Assembly (NCBI GenBank): GCA_048938855.1
Contig: JBHLLT010000004.1
Span: forward strand, 1 to 64,000
DNA: 64,000 bases
Direction: 5' to 3'
Source: Promethearchaeota archaeon
GTDB taxonomy: Archaea; Asgardarchaeota; Lokiarchaeia; Sigyniarchaeales; SOKP01
The number at the start of each line of letters is the position of its first letter. Position 1 is the first letter of the stretch. Of this stretch, positions 46,301 to 55,108 are shown in pieces. The position numbers and the translations under genes are program-made. Under the pieces are notes generated by a model. It was not told where the DNA came from. It saw only the letters and a list, made by a program, of their open reading frames with translations, and did not search any database.

Positions 46301-48164
46301 TATTAATTTAACTCAATATATAGGCAATTTTATTCAGTTTCGATTTGAAACATCTATAGATGATGCATTTGATTCGATTAATTATAAAGGATTTATTTTA
46401 GATTATTTTGCGATTGTAAATTATACAAATGAGAATGCTCCCATAATAAATTTCAATTTAAATAGAGATCTTTCCTCAACCCAAGATTCGCGATACCAAA
46501 AATATAGGTTTTCTCTTGAATATTTTGATTTAGACAATAATTATCCTGAATTTGTTTTTCTTGAGATGGATGGTACTAATTACTCCATGTACAACATTTA
46601 TGGTGATTGGAATGCTAGCTCAACTGGTATAGAAGATATGGGAATTTATTTTAGCAGATCAATGTTATTAGAAGAAATTTCCAATCAATCATTTAGATTT
46701 CATGCTTCAGATGGAAAATTTTCAATTAAGAGCTCTTGGTATAACAGAAATAATTCGTTATTTACGTTTATCAATCCAATTCCTTTACAATTTAATTTAT
46801 ATAAGGATGGAAAATTTATTGGTTTTGAATTTTCGAATACAGACTTAGATGATTATTATGTTTCGGGAACTCCTACCCCTAAACAAAATACTGCTTGGTT
46901 TAAAGCAGATAATACTTGGCATCCTATAACTCGGATTAGTCAAAATTATATATATGGGGGAAGAGGTCAGAGTTTTGGAGGCTTTGAGCAAGGTTACGGG
47001 AGGAATTGGGATAGCAATTTGATAACTCACCTTTTGCATTTAAGAAGTGAATATAAGGTATATCTTGAATTTGATTATGAAATATCTTTACAAAATGAAT
47101 TTTATCAAGCCGAAGATCAGCTAGATAAATGTATAATTTCAATATCTACAGATTTTGGCGATACATGGATTGTTTTAAGAGAATTTACATATGATGACGA
47201 AGATCTCTCTGGAAGCAAAAAATTTGATATTTCTCAATATTCTGGAGAAGATATAATTGTAATGTTCACTCTACATTCAAATAATAATGTAATTGGATTG
47301 GGATATGGTTGGTTAATTGCTAATATATATATAGGTTATGATAAATCATCAGACTTTGTGCCTCCCGAAATTTCAATATTAAATCCTGAACCGGATATAA
47401 ATGTTAATTCAAAAATTTCAATTAGAGCAAATATTATTGATAATACTGAATTGGATGAGTCAAAATTTTATATACTTCTAAATAATAAGAGTGTTGATAG
47501 AACTAAACTTTTTTATGATAGTAATACAAGTATCTTAGAATTTAATTGGAATACAGTAAAATACAATGATGGACAGTATGAGATTAGGATTGTAGCTTAT
47601 GATAAAGAAGGGAATAAAGGAGAGTCATATATAAATGTAATAGTAAATAATGGAAGATGGTGGCTTTTATGGGGACCTTATATTATTCTGATAGGTGCGA
47701 TAACTATCGTAGCGATATTGCTTTTTGTTATCGCGGAGAAGAAAGGTAAGATTTGGGTTCAAAACATTAGAAATTTACGAGTTGAAAAGGTTAGACTTAA
47801 AGATATTGATAAAGATCAAGTCATTAAGCGAATAGAATTAATTGAACCTGAAGAAGAACTTCAACGACCTTTAACATTATTCTGCAAATCATGTAGATCT
47901 TGGTTTATTTCACATAAATTTGATATTATGTGTCCTGTTTGTGAACATGATCAAATTTTTGTTGCATATAACTGCCTAAATTGCGGAAAATGGTCACTGA
48001 AAGATGAACCTGGAGAAAATTATTATTGCAAAAATAAAAAGTGCGAAGGTGTTAGATTAGTCAGAAAGGAAAAAGATGAAATTGAAGGAATTTTGGCCAA
48101 GGAAGGTAAATTTCCAAGAGATTTTGAGAGTAAAAAAAAGAAATTTAGTATATTAGATCTGTAA
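43338..48164 (+). CDS. Membrane-anchored S8 subtilase with multi-domain stalk and cytoplasmic double Zn finger
   Basis: Signal/propeptide; VAVLDTG (Asp), DDNGHGT (His), AAGN (oxyanion Asn), KPDIVAPG, GTS (Ser), GYGRLN; beta-sandwich repeats; TM; tail CKSC/CPVC/CLNC/CKNKKC. Confidence 0.88.
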   Translation: MNKKQRQSIILLIVLIISYTSVLHKFSNSDKIVNEGSQSPQKEPTPLRSGIYNKNVIVSFKKQSYNSSVTSRFEYYGGIIKEEWNNKFSTISGFAGIMPLEANKTSFQNKFPDATVENDEILEAQMNYASIQSEAVNSTWYLNGFKGNTNSSVAVLDTGINPNHNFFPNGYSSSDLSGNIVGWQNFVDSQPISDDNGHGTLISSIISGTGTDSYNSINPSIIKIKGNYSHTELFDEYSAPRNYTLKLFTFNASKVGSNILINSSWKLEEQGIDKFWFELYYNNSLVQYSYNEIQDIYYIINHALNLDNLGIYDLYLKYHKLLQAKPVFSFNIEVSIFPEFPIINRNHFTGLANGTKIVAYKILNQSGKGYTSDLITALASVIENREIDHIISVCLSIGTLGIDIKTINTVIDDVVDSGILVVIAAGNYGVKTSESLNKLGQNKKAIVVGAINDKDQVTSYSSMGKDIENIIKPDIVAPGGSKISGHRSIIGASDEIDKATPSYGTSIASAIISAAVNILIEARWTDWNQWNNLDLTTWVKYIKAILLMTASETNLDRENDPFTSANESDYSPSISTAPMTGGLKDIHEGYGRLNIQAAIDALVKTIEVNSITSGHLISSQDNPLGTHVFARQIDLNEDTQYSFTLSTDSSDADFDLFLFSNESNQYGEPILLQSSKKWYGDFDNFYFTPKNNQTTCIVIVKAIDGSSDFNLNISTVKNVFKPELKIAEINYNGGSKNTTVMSLQEFIGGDPKKNYTIDSYRFYIEYFDNDTSNVPPQEIYVSIVELSKNYTLTQLYPPDNIYTDGAIFVSNYIQFPRSGIFNYLFFASDGNFKIRYPESKLLNITIEFPTDSIQFPNFHSFNDGMGNWTHTGTGWEIMSQSNVKDNRSRLYQDTWDSMYFGTYHNSPNNYTYQPIRLTEDPYPNGTLYSPLYNLTVIDQNFSQPFVKFGFRASINSGDYVYLQINLNWTGWITLRTYTNIEQEWFMESINLTQYIGNFIQFRFETSIDDAFDSINYKGFILDYFAIVNYTNENAPIINFNLNRDLSSTQDSRYQKYRFSLEYFDLDNNYPEFVFLEMDGTNYSMYNIYGDWNASSTGIEDMGIYFSRSMLLEEISNQSFRFHASDGKFSIKSSWYNRNNSLFTFINPIPLQFNLYKDGKFIGFEFSNTDLDDYYVSGTPTPKQNTAWFKADNTWHPITRISQNYIYGGRGQSFGGFEQGYGRNWDSNLITHLLHLRSEYKVYLEFDYEISLQNEFYQAEDQLDKCIISISTDFGDTWIVLREFTYDDEDLSGSKKFDISQYSGEDIIVMFTLHSNNNVIGLGYGWLIANIYIGYDKSSDFVPPEISILNPEPDINVNSKISIRANIIDNTELDESKFYILLNNKSVDRTKLFYDSNTSILEFNWNTVKYNDGQYEIRIVAYDKEGNKGESYINVIVNNGRWWLLWGPYIILIGAITIVAILLFVIAEKKGKIWVQNIRNLRVEKVRLKDIDKDQVIKRIELIEPEEELQRPLTLFCKSCRSWFISHKFDIMCPVCEHDQIFVAYNCLNCGKWSLKDEPGENYYCKNKKCEGVRLVRKEKDEIEGILAKEGKFPRDFESKKKKFSILDL

Positions 48165-48187
48165 AAAATATAAAAAAGTAGAAAAAG

Positions 48188-51172
48188 ATGGACTTAAGAA
48201 ATTTCTTATATAAACTGAAAAAAAGGTTTAATCTGCAAATTCTCAAACATTCTTTACTCGATCTTAAACGAGATAAAGCAAAGGCGATCTTTGGAGTATG
48301 TGGAATTGCAATTTCATTATTTTTATTAACAACTATTGGAATGCTAAATGATACTGTGAACTATAATTATCTATTATACGTAACATCATCGACTGGAAAA
48401 TCAGATATTATGATCTCAAGAACAATACAAACAGATTTGACGTATGATCCTTTTTTTGATGAAAATGTTATTGATAATGAATTACAGGATATTGAAGGTG
48501 TCCAAGAATTATTCCCGCGTATTTTAATGTTAGTAGAGACAACTTCAGAAAATATTAATACTAGTGGGTCGCTTCAAATGTATGGTCTTGACTTTATTAA
48601 AGAAGCTACTAATGGAAATATGGGAGACTTGATAATTGTAAATGATGAAGGAGAAGAAACTAATGAAATTTATAATGATGAACCAGATAATAATGAATGC
48701 GTCATATTATGGAATGTTGCTCAGATACTTAATGTAAGTAGAGGAGATAGTATATCTTTAAAATACCAATCTTACGAATTAAATTTAACTGTCGCTGAAA
48801 TATGTATCCAAGACCTAAAATTCACACAATTTGAAACTTCTCTAATTCTTGTTAACATACAGCAAGCTCAAAACTTTTTGCGCCGGAATGGTTTAATAAA
48901 TTTAGTAGTAGGTACGATCAACAATCCTCGAAGTGTTTATGATGCTAGTAATTTAGATTTAACAACTAGAAGGCTCCGAAATATCGGTTCTAACATACAA
49001 GAAAGATTAGATCTCAATGAATTTACTGTAAGTTTACCAAAATTGGAGCAATTAGAAGGAGGCCAATTCCTTTTGATGACTGTAACAATAATGTTTTGGT
49101 TTATAACAATTCTTTCTACTCTTATAACGAGTATTTTGATTAATAGCATTTTATCTACTTCAGTAGAAGAAAGAATTAGAGAATTTGGAGTAGTTCGCGT
49201 TGTCGGGAGTAAAAAAGCATATGCCATTAAAATGGTTTTATTTGAAGGATTAATGTTAGGTTTAATTGGATCGATTCTAGGAATGATTCTTGGATTTACT
49301 TTGATGAAACCAATTGCTCAAATTATATTCCCTATATATCATTTTCAATTTGAGTTTGCTGAAGTTGAATGGGTCATTCAACCCGATACACTTTTAATGG
49401 CATTTTCAATTGGAACTTTTGTATCATTGGCTGTAGCCTTAATACCTGCTTTAAAAACGGCAAAAATGGATATTATTAAATCAATAACTCCCTTTCAAAC
49501 GAAAGAAGAAGGTTGGGTAATAAAAAAGGAGGGGAGTATGAATGTTAAAAGTTTTCTTACGGGAATCGCGATAGCTACCATTGGAATGATAGTTTTTGTC
49601 CTTATGCCAAATATTTTTGTTACAGGTGATTTTATGTTAACATCAGCATTATTTATTGGTCTACTAGCAGCAATTGTTATCGGATTGGTTTTTGCCTCAA
49701 TAGGAATAATCCCTTTAATACAAAAAATCTTTTTAGGTATAATTTCACCGGCTATTAGAAAATATAGTAGCATCATAAATATTTCACTAAAGCGCTATCG
49801 AAGGCGAAATACAAGTACAGTAATTATGTTTGCAATCAGTTTTTCTTTTATTTTCTTTATTACTAGTGTTACAAAAATGGAGTCTAGTAATATGGATCTA
49901 AATTTAAGATTTCAATATGGATCTGATTTAGTTCTAGTAAATGAAAATTTCCATACTCCAGAAACTGCTTTGACACTTGAAATGGTTGAAGAATTAGAAG
50001 CATTGCCAGGAGTAGATAAGCTTGCTATATCACTTCATAATACATTTGATCTGCAAGCTACTTTGGCTACTTTATTTGATGTAAGTGAAGGTCAAGTAGG
50101 TTTTAGTAGTGAGTCCCAAGAACAACTGATGACTATTTTTCAATATATTGGACAGGAAGATAATACAAAAATAAAAACAACTGCTGGAGATATGATGGAT
50201 TTTGATGTTGTGGAAGCGGGATTTATTGGAATAAATGAAGATTTTGTTGATTTAATAGATAAGAACCTATTAATCTGGAGTAGTAGTGGTAGTAATACAG
50301 AATATTCCTTTAATGAATTATTCGCTCATAACAATACTTGTATAATAGCTAAATCTATAGCAGATTATATAGGCGTTAAAGAAGTTGGTGAATTTGTTAG
50401 AATAACTTTTTATAGGCCAGAGGATTATGACAATGGACCCTTAGCTCCTGGGAACGTGACTCTTTTTCGAGTTGTAGGAATTTCAGGTGGAATTCCCGGT
50501 TTCTTTAACTTTCGAAGTAATGAAATGTCTGCTAATGGCGGGGGTGTTATGGTATCTTTAGATAATTACATGCGTCTGATGAAAGTTGAAAATCCAGGAG
50601 AAGCTAATATGGTTATTGATAAAATATTTTTAAATCTTGTAGATGAATCCCAGGAAAACATCAAAGACACAAAAGATGAGATTAACAATATGTATAAGGA
50701 TAAAGATATAATTATTGATGATGCTATAACAAAAATCAATTTCTTTAAATCAATGACAGAAAGACAGTCTTTTCTTATGGAATTAATTTTAACCTTTACT
50801 ATAATAATTAGCATTTTTGGTCTTGTAAGCAGTATGTATGCCGTCGTATTAGAGAGGAAATTTGAAATTGGAATACTCCGATCAATGGGGATGAAAACAA
50901 GAAATGTCCGTAATATGTTTCTAATTGAAAGTATGATAATATTACTTTCTGCGGGAGTTATGGGAACGATAATAGGTACTTATACCGGATATCTACTTCA
51001 ATCTAACATGAGTTTAATGACAGAAATGCCCATAGTATTCTCAATTCCTATGGATACATTATTTAGGGTGTTTATCTTATCAATTTCTTTTGCATTCCTT
51101 GGAACATATATAATCTTAGTAAAATACTTCTATAAGAAAAGTATAATGGATATATTCCGGCAAACATTTTAA
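48188..51172 (+). CDS. Second FtsX/MacB-like permease, internally duplicated
   Basis: SVEERIREFGVVRVVG, RYRRRNTS, YGSDL, LERKFEIGILRSMG; paralog of 36396-39347. Confidence 0.9.
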   Translation: MDLRNFLYKLKKRFNLQILKHSLLDLKRDKAKAIFGVCGIAISLFLLTTIGMLNDTVNYNYLLYVTSSTGKSDIMISRTIQTDLTYDPFFDENVIDNELQDIEGVQELFPRILMLVETTSENINTSGSLQMYGLDFIKEATNGNMGDLIIVNDEGEETNEIYNDEPDNNECVILWNVAQILNVSRGDSISLKYQSYELNLTVAEICIQDLKFTQFETSLILVNIQQAQNFLRRNGLINLVVGTINNPRSVYDASNLDLTTRRLRNIGSNIQERLDLNEFTVSLPKLEQLEGGQFLLMTVTIMFWFITILSTLITSILINSILSTSVEERIREFGVVRVVGSKKAYAIKMVLFEGLMLGLIGSILGMILGFTLMKPIAQIIFPIYHFQFEFAEVEWVIQPDTLLMAFSIGTFVSLAVALIPALKTAKMDIIKSITPFQTKEEGWVIKKEGSMNVKSFLTGIAIATIGMIVFVLMPNIFVTGDFMLTSALFIGLLAAIVIGLVFASIGIIPLIQKIFLGIISPAIRKYSSIINISLKRYRRRNTSTVIMFAISFSFIFFITSVTKMESSNMDLNLRFQYGSDLVLVNENFHTPETALTLEMVEELEALPGVDKLAISLHNTFDLQATLATLFDVSEGQVGFSSESQEQLMTIFQYIGQEDNTKIKTTAGDMMDFDVVEAGFIGINEDFVDLIDKNLLIWSSSGSNTEYSFNELFAHNNTCIIAKSIADYIGVKEVGEFVRITFYRPEDYDNGPLAPGNVTLFRVVGISGGIPGFFNFRSNEMSANGGGVMVSLDNYMRLMKVENPGEANMVIDKIFLNLVDESQENIKDTKDEINNMYKDKDIIIDDAITKINFFKSMTERQSFLMELILTFTIIISIFGLVSSMYAVVLERKFEIGILRSMGMKTRNVRNMFLIESMIILLSAGVMGTIIGTYTGYLLQSNMSLMTEMPIVFSIPMDTLFRVFILSISFAFLGTYIILVKYFYKKSIMDIFRQTF

Positions 51173-51203
51173 AACCCTTTTTTTTCCTGTTAAGGAAGTT
51201 TCA

Positions 51204-51791
51204 TTATGAATTTTCTTTTAAAAAATTTATAAACTTACTCCATGCTTGCCCTCTATGAGAGATTAAATTCTTCTCCTCCATAGTTAATTCAGCAAAGGTC
51301 TTATTGGGTATCTTATTAGGAAGAAAAATTGGATCAAATCCGAAACCTCCTGAACCTCTTGCAGTATTTGATACTTTTCCATAAACTTTGCCTTCAAAAA
51401 TCAATTTTTTATCTAGAGGTTTAAAATAGAGTGCGATAATCGAAGTAAAATGAGCTTGTGAATCATTAAAATTATTTATTAATTTTAATATTCCTTTATT
51501 CCCAAGAGTCTTCATAACATAAGATGAATACACTCCTGGAAATCCATTCAGAGGAATATCAACAAAAAAGCCAGCATCTTCTATGAAATACGACCCATTC
51601 AAATGTCCTTCTATACTCTGTAATTTATGTAACGCCACTTCTTCAATGCTTTTCGCTTGTATTTCAATTGTTTTGATATTTTTATGTTTTAAAGTATAGT
51701 TTAAATATTCGCTTTTAAAGAGTGTGGAGATTTCACTATATTTGTGAATATTTCCAGTTACAAAATAGATAATTTTCTGATTCATGTTCAT
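51204..51791 (-). CDS. rdgB: Non-canonical purine NTP pyrophosphatase (Ham1/RdgB)
   Basis: FVTGNIHK, EIQ, EDAG, LNGFPGVYS, GFGFDPIF, KNLISHRG. Confidence 0.95.
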   Translation of the reverse strand: MNMNQKIIYFVTGNIHKYSEISTLFKSEYLNYTLKHKNIKTIEIQAKSIEEVALHKLQSIEGHLNGSYFIEDAGFFVDIPLNGFPGVYSSYVMKTLGNKGILKLINNFNDSQAHFTSIIALYFKPLDKKLIFEGKVYGKVSNTARGSGGFGFDPIFLPNKIPNKTFAELTMEEKNLISHRGQAWSKFINFLKENS

Positions 51792-51912
51792 ATTAAGTAT
51801 AAGGTCTTAAAGTTTATTTAGATATTCGAGTGCAATGAAGATTGAATCGTTTAATGTTATGAACATTACAAAAGTTTATTTTGTATATTTCTTTATTAAT
51901 TTTATATTATAT

Positions 51913-51947
51913 CCTATAAGAAACGCAACCTATAAGGAAGAACGCAA
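51913..51947 (+). repeat. Imperfect tandem repeat in the rps15 leader
   Basis: CCTATAAG-AAACGCAA (51913-51928) followed by CCTATAAGGAAGAACGCAA (51929-51947). Confidence 0.75.
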
Positions 51948-51949
51948 AA

Positions 51950-52408
51950 ATGGCTCGGATGCATTCAAGAAAACGTGGAAAATCAGGCAGTAGACGCCCG
52001 GCTAGATTAGAAAAACCTACATGGGTTGAACCCTCTCCTGAAGAAGTTGAAAGTGAAGTTGTTAAATTAGCGAGAAGAGGACAATCAAGTTCAATGATAG
52101 GAACTTTAATGAGAGATTCACGGGGTGTACCATTAGTTAAATTAGTTACTGGTAAAAAAATTACTCAAATTCTTGAAGAAAATGAAATTCAATCTCCTTT
52201 ACCGGAAGATCTCGCAAATTTAGTTAGAAAAGCACTGAATGTTAGAAAACACCTCGAAACAAACCATAAAGATTTACAAACGAAAAAAGGGCTGAACAGA
52301 ACAGAATCTAAAATATATCGACTAATTAAATATTACAAAAAAAAGAAGAAACTTCCACAAGATTTCAAATATGATCCCGAAAAGATAAGAACTTTAGTAG
52401 CACGATAA
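51950..52408 (+). CDS. rps15: 30S ribosomal protein uS15 (S15P/S13e)
   Basis: MARMHSRKRGKSGS, IGTLMRD..GVP, LPEDL, ESKIYRLIKYYK. Confidence 0.97.
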   Translation: MARMHSRKRGKSGSRRPARLEKPTWVEPSPEEVESEVVKLARRGQSSSMIGTLMRDSRGVPLVKLVTGKKITQILEENEIQSPLPEDLANLVRKALNVRKHLETNHKDLQTKKGLNRTESKIYRLIKYYKKKKKLPQDFKYDPEKIRTLVAR

Positions 52409-52425
52409 ATGGAGGTTTTAAATCA

Positions 52426-53220
52426 ATGAGTTCAAAAGCAAAGAAAAAAAAACCAAAAGTAAAGAAAGTATCATTCAAGGATAAAAATTGGTACTCTATT
52501 GAAGCCAGTAAAAGCTTTAACTTTAAAAATATCGGAGAAGTTCTTGGTGTGGAAGACACTTTAAGAGGAAGAACAATAGAGGCATTGTTATTTGACTTTA
52601 CTGGTAAATATTCTGATATTAGCTTGAAGCTTAAATTTAGAATCACAGAAGTGAATAGTGAAGCAAGAAAGTGTAAAAGTATTTTTATTGGACATCAATA
52701 TACTAATGATTTTATAAGATCATTGATAGGGAGAGGAAGTACCAGAATACAATCAATTATCAACTTGACTACTAAAGATGGATATATTTTTCGTCTAACT
52801 ATGATATGTACTACTATTAAAAGGGCAAGAAGTAGTCAACAAATCTTAATTAGGAAAATAATTAGAGAAATATTAAGGGAGTTCGCCAAAAGTCTAAATC
52901 ATGAAAAATTTGTAGCAGGTATTATATATGGTGAATTTCAAAATCAAATTCAAAGGGTAGCTAAGACAATATATCCATTATCTAACGCCGTTATTATTAA
53001 GAGTAAGCTTGTATCCATACCCGAAGGAGGTAAAGATATAGAAGTTCCAGATGATCAATTTGAGATTGTAGAAGTTGATATTAAGAGATCAAGAAAGTCT
53101 GAAATCAAAAGATCAGAAAGAATAAATGTTAAAAAACTAGCACAATCTAAACCCAAACCTCCAACGGTCAAAGAAGAAGAGAATTCTCTACTAGATGAGG
53201 AAGAATCAGAGGAGGAATGA
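52426..53220 (+). CDS. rps3ae: 30S ribosomal protein eS1 (S3Ae) with basic-then-acidic C-terminal extension
   Basis: KDKNWYSI, GRTIE, KLKFRI, FIGHQYTNDFIRSL, TKDGY, IYPL. Confidence 0.93.
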   Translation: MSSKAKKKKPKVKKVSFKDKNWYSIEASKSFNFKNIGEVLGVEDTLRGRTIEALLFDFTGKYSDISLKLKFRITEVNSEARKCKSIFIGHQYTNDFIRSLIGRGSTRIQSIINLTTKDGYIFRLTMICTTIKRARSSQQILIRKIIREILREFAKSLNHEKFVAGIIYGEFQNQIQRVAKTIYPLSNAVIIKSKLVSIPEGGKDIEVPDDQFEIVEVDIKRSRKSEIKRSERINVKKLAQSKPKPPTVKEEENSLLDEEESEEE

Positions 53221-53327
53221 ATACTTCTAATAATAGAGAATTTTAATTTGTCTAAAACCAACTCTTTTAACTGCTAGTTATTTTTAATAATTGGTATGAC
53301 TTTTTTTAAATTAATTAAATATTGTAA

Positions 53328-55052
53328 ATGATTATTATGTCTTCCCAAGAAGGAAATCGGAATAATCCATATACTTTTGATGATTTTTTATTTGTTAGAA
53401 ACCATTTTAATTACTATAAAGATGATGGCTTTTTACAAGCTCTTGTTAAGAAATATGCCCCTCACGAAGAATATGAAAAAATCGATAGAGATCTCCGAGC
53501 ACTATCTGATTATGTTTCATTTAGATTCCGAGATCTTGCTGATAAAGCAACTGAACTTGAAAACAGGATAAAAGTCACCAAAGTAAAGCATTTTGATGCC
53601 CATAATCATAGAATAGATCGTATTGAAAGATGTTTAGAAACAGAAATCTTAGAGAGAGAAGTATTTAGTCTTGGTCTGTATGATCCTGCCCGGAACTCTG
53701 CTTGGAGTAGATTTGTTAAAATGTTTTTACTCTATGAGAATGGAGAATCAGGTGTAATGTGTCCTGTTGCATGCACTCATGGAGCGGTTGAAATTATGCA
53801 AAAATATGAAGATACATTGAGCCCTGAAGGAAAAGGAATCTTAAAATCTATAAGAGATGGCGAAAATGGAGAATATAAAATTGGAGCTCAATTTGTAAGT
53901 GAGATTCAAGGAGGAAGTGATGTTCCAGCAAATTTAGTTGAAGCAGTATTTGAAAAAGAAGAAGGTATAGATGGAATGTCAAATGTATGGAGGTTGTATG
54001 GTCAAAAATTTTTTTGCTCAGCTACGCAAGCAGATTATGCCGTTGTGACAGCAAAACCAAAAAATAGACCATCTTCTACTAGAGTTGCTGCATTTGTAGT
54101 GCCTTCGTGGCTACCAAGGAATAAGGAAAAAGAAATTAGAAATTCTTATACTATTGATAGATTAAAACAAAAACTTGGAACTGCGGAATTACCTACAGCA
54201 GAGATTACATATAATGGAGCTGTTGCATATCCTATAGGTCCTCTAGAGAAAGGATTAGCAGATATCGTAGGAATTGTTCTATCATTATCTAGACTCCATG
54301 TAGCTTTTGGAATGGCAGCAAGTGCTTTAAGAGTTGCTAGGGAAGCAATTTTATATTCACAATTTAGAAATGCTTTTAATATACCAATATCTTCATTTCC
54401 AATGATGATAAATCAAATTAATGAAGTAGATCTATTTGCTAAAAGATCATCTGCAGCTGCGTTCAAGATATATTCTGAATATATCCACTTTAATGAAGAA
54501 CTTATTAGTGGAATAAGAGATTTGGAAATGATTGGAGATATTGAAGAACGTAAACGTCGATTTAGATTACGAGAATTAATAATGCTTCAAAAGATTGTTG
54601 TAGCTGATGAAGCTCCAGCTATGATACGAAAAGCTATTTCATTTTATGGAGGACATGGTATAATGGAAGACTTTTTATCATTTCCACGTCTCCACAGAGA
54701 TTCTATGATTATGGAGTTATGGGAGGGACCTAGAAATGTACTACTTACTCAAATTCATCGAGATTTTTCGAGAGTAAAAGATTGGTATCCTGCTGATGAA
54801 TTTTGTAGAGATTTATTAGATGGAGCAAATTCAGATATTATTGATGAGTATTCAGTAGAATTTAATAGGATAATGTCTCATGATAATCTTCTAAGGAATG
54901 ATGAAAAAACCTTAGCAGTCTGTAAAGATTGGGAATATTTTTCTACTAAACTATTTAATGCTTATCAAGATCAGGCATTAAAGGAACTTGATTATACTGG
55001 TAAACCTTTGAAATTTTCCAAAATACTTCGTGAATTTAGGAAAAGAGAATAA
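53328..55052 (+). CDS. Acyl-CoA dehydrogenase family protein (AidB-like)
   Basis: CPVACT, QFVSEIQGGSD, LYGQKFFCS, IDRLKQKLGT, SRLH, GGHGIMED, LWEGPRNVL. Confidence 0.9.
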   Translation: MIIMSSQEGNRNNPYTFDDFLFVRNHFNYYKDDGFLQALVKKYAPHEEYEKIDRDLRALSDYVSFRFRDLADKATELENRIKVTKVKHFDAHNHRIDRIERCLETEILEREVFSLGLYDPARNSAWSRFVKMFLLYENGESGVMCPVACTHGAVEIMQKYEDTLSPEGKGILKSIRDGENGEYKIGAQFVSEIQGGSDVPANLVEAVFEKEEGIDGMSNVWRLYGQKFFCSATQADYAVVTAKPKNRPSSTRVAAFVVPSWLPRNKEKEIRNSYTIDRLKQKLGTAELPTAEITYNGAVAYPIGPLEKGLADIVGIVLSLSRLHVAFGMAASALRVAREAILYSQFRNAFNIPISSFPMMINQINEVDLFAKRSSAAAFKIYSEYIHFNEELISGIRDLEMIGDIEERKRRFRLRELIMLQKIVVADEAPAMIRKAISFYGGHGIMEDFLSFPRLHRDSMIMELWEGPRNVLLTQIHRDFSRVKDWYPADEFCRDLLDGANSDIIDEYSVEFNRIMSHDNLLRNDEKTLAVCKDWEYFSTKLFNAYQDQALKELDYTGKPLKFSKILREFRKRE

Positions 55053-55108
55053 CCGAAATTTCAAGAAGAAATAGCAATTCAAAAATAATGACCACAAATA
55101 AAACAAAT

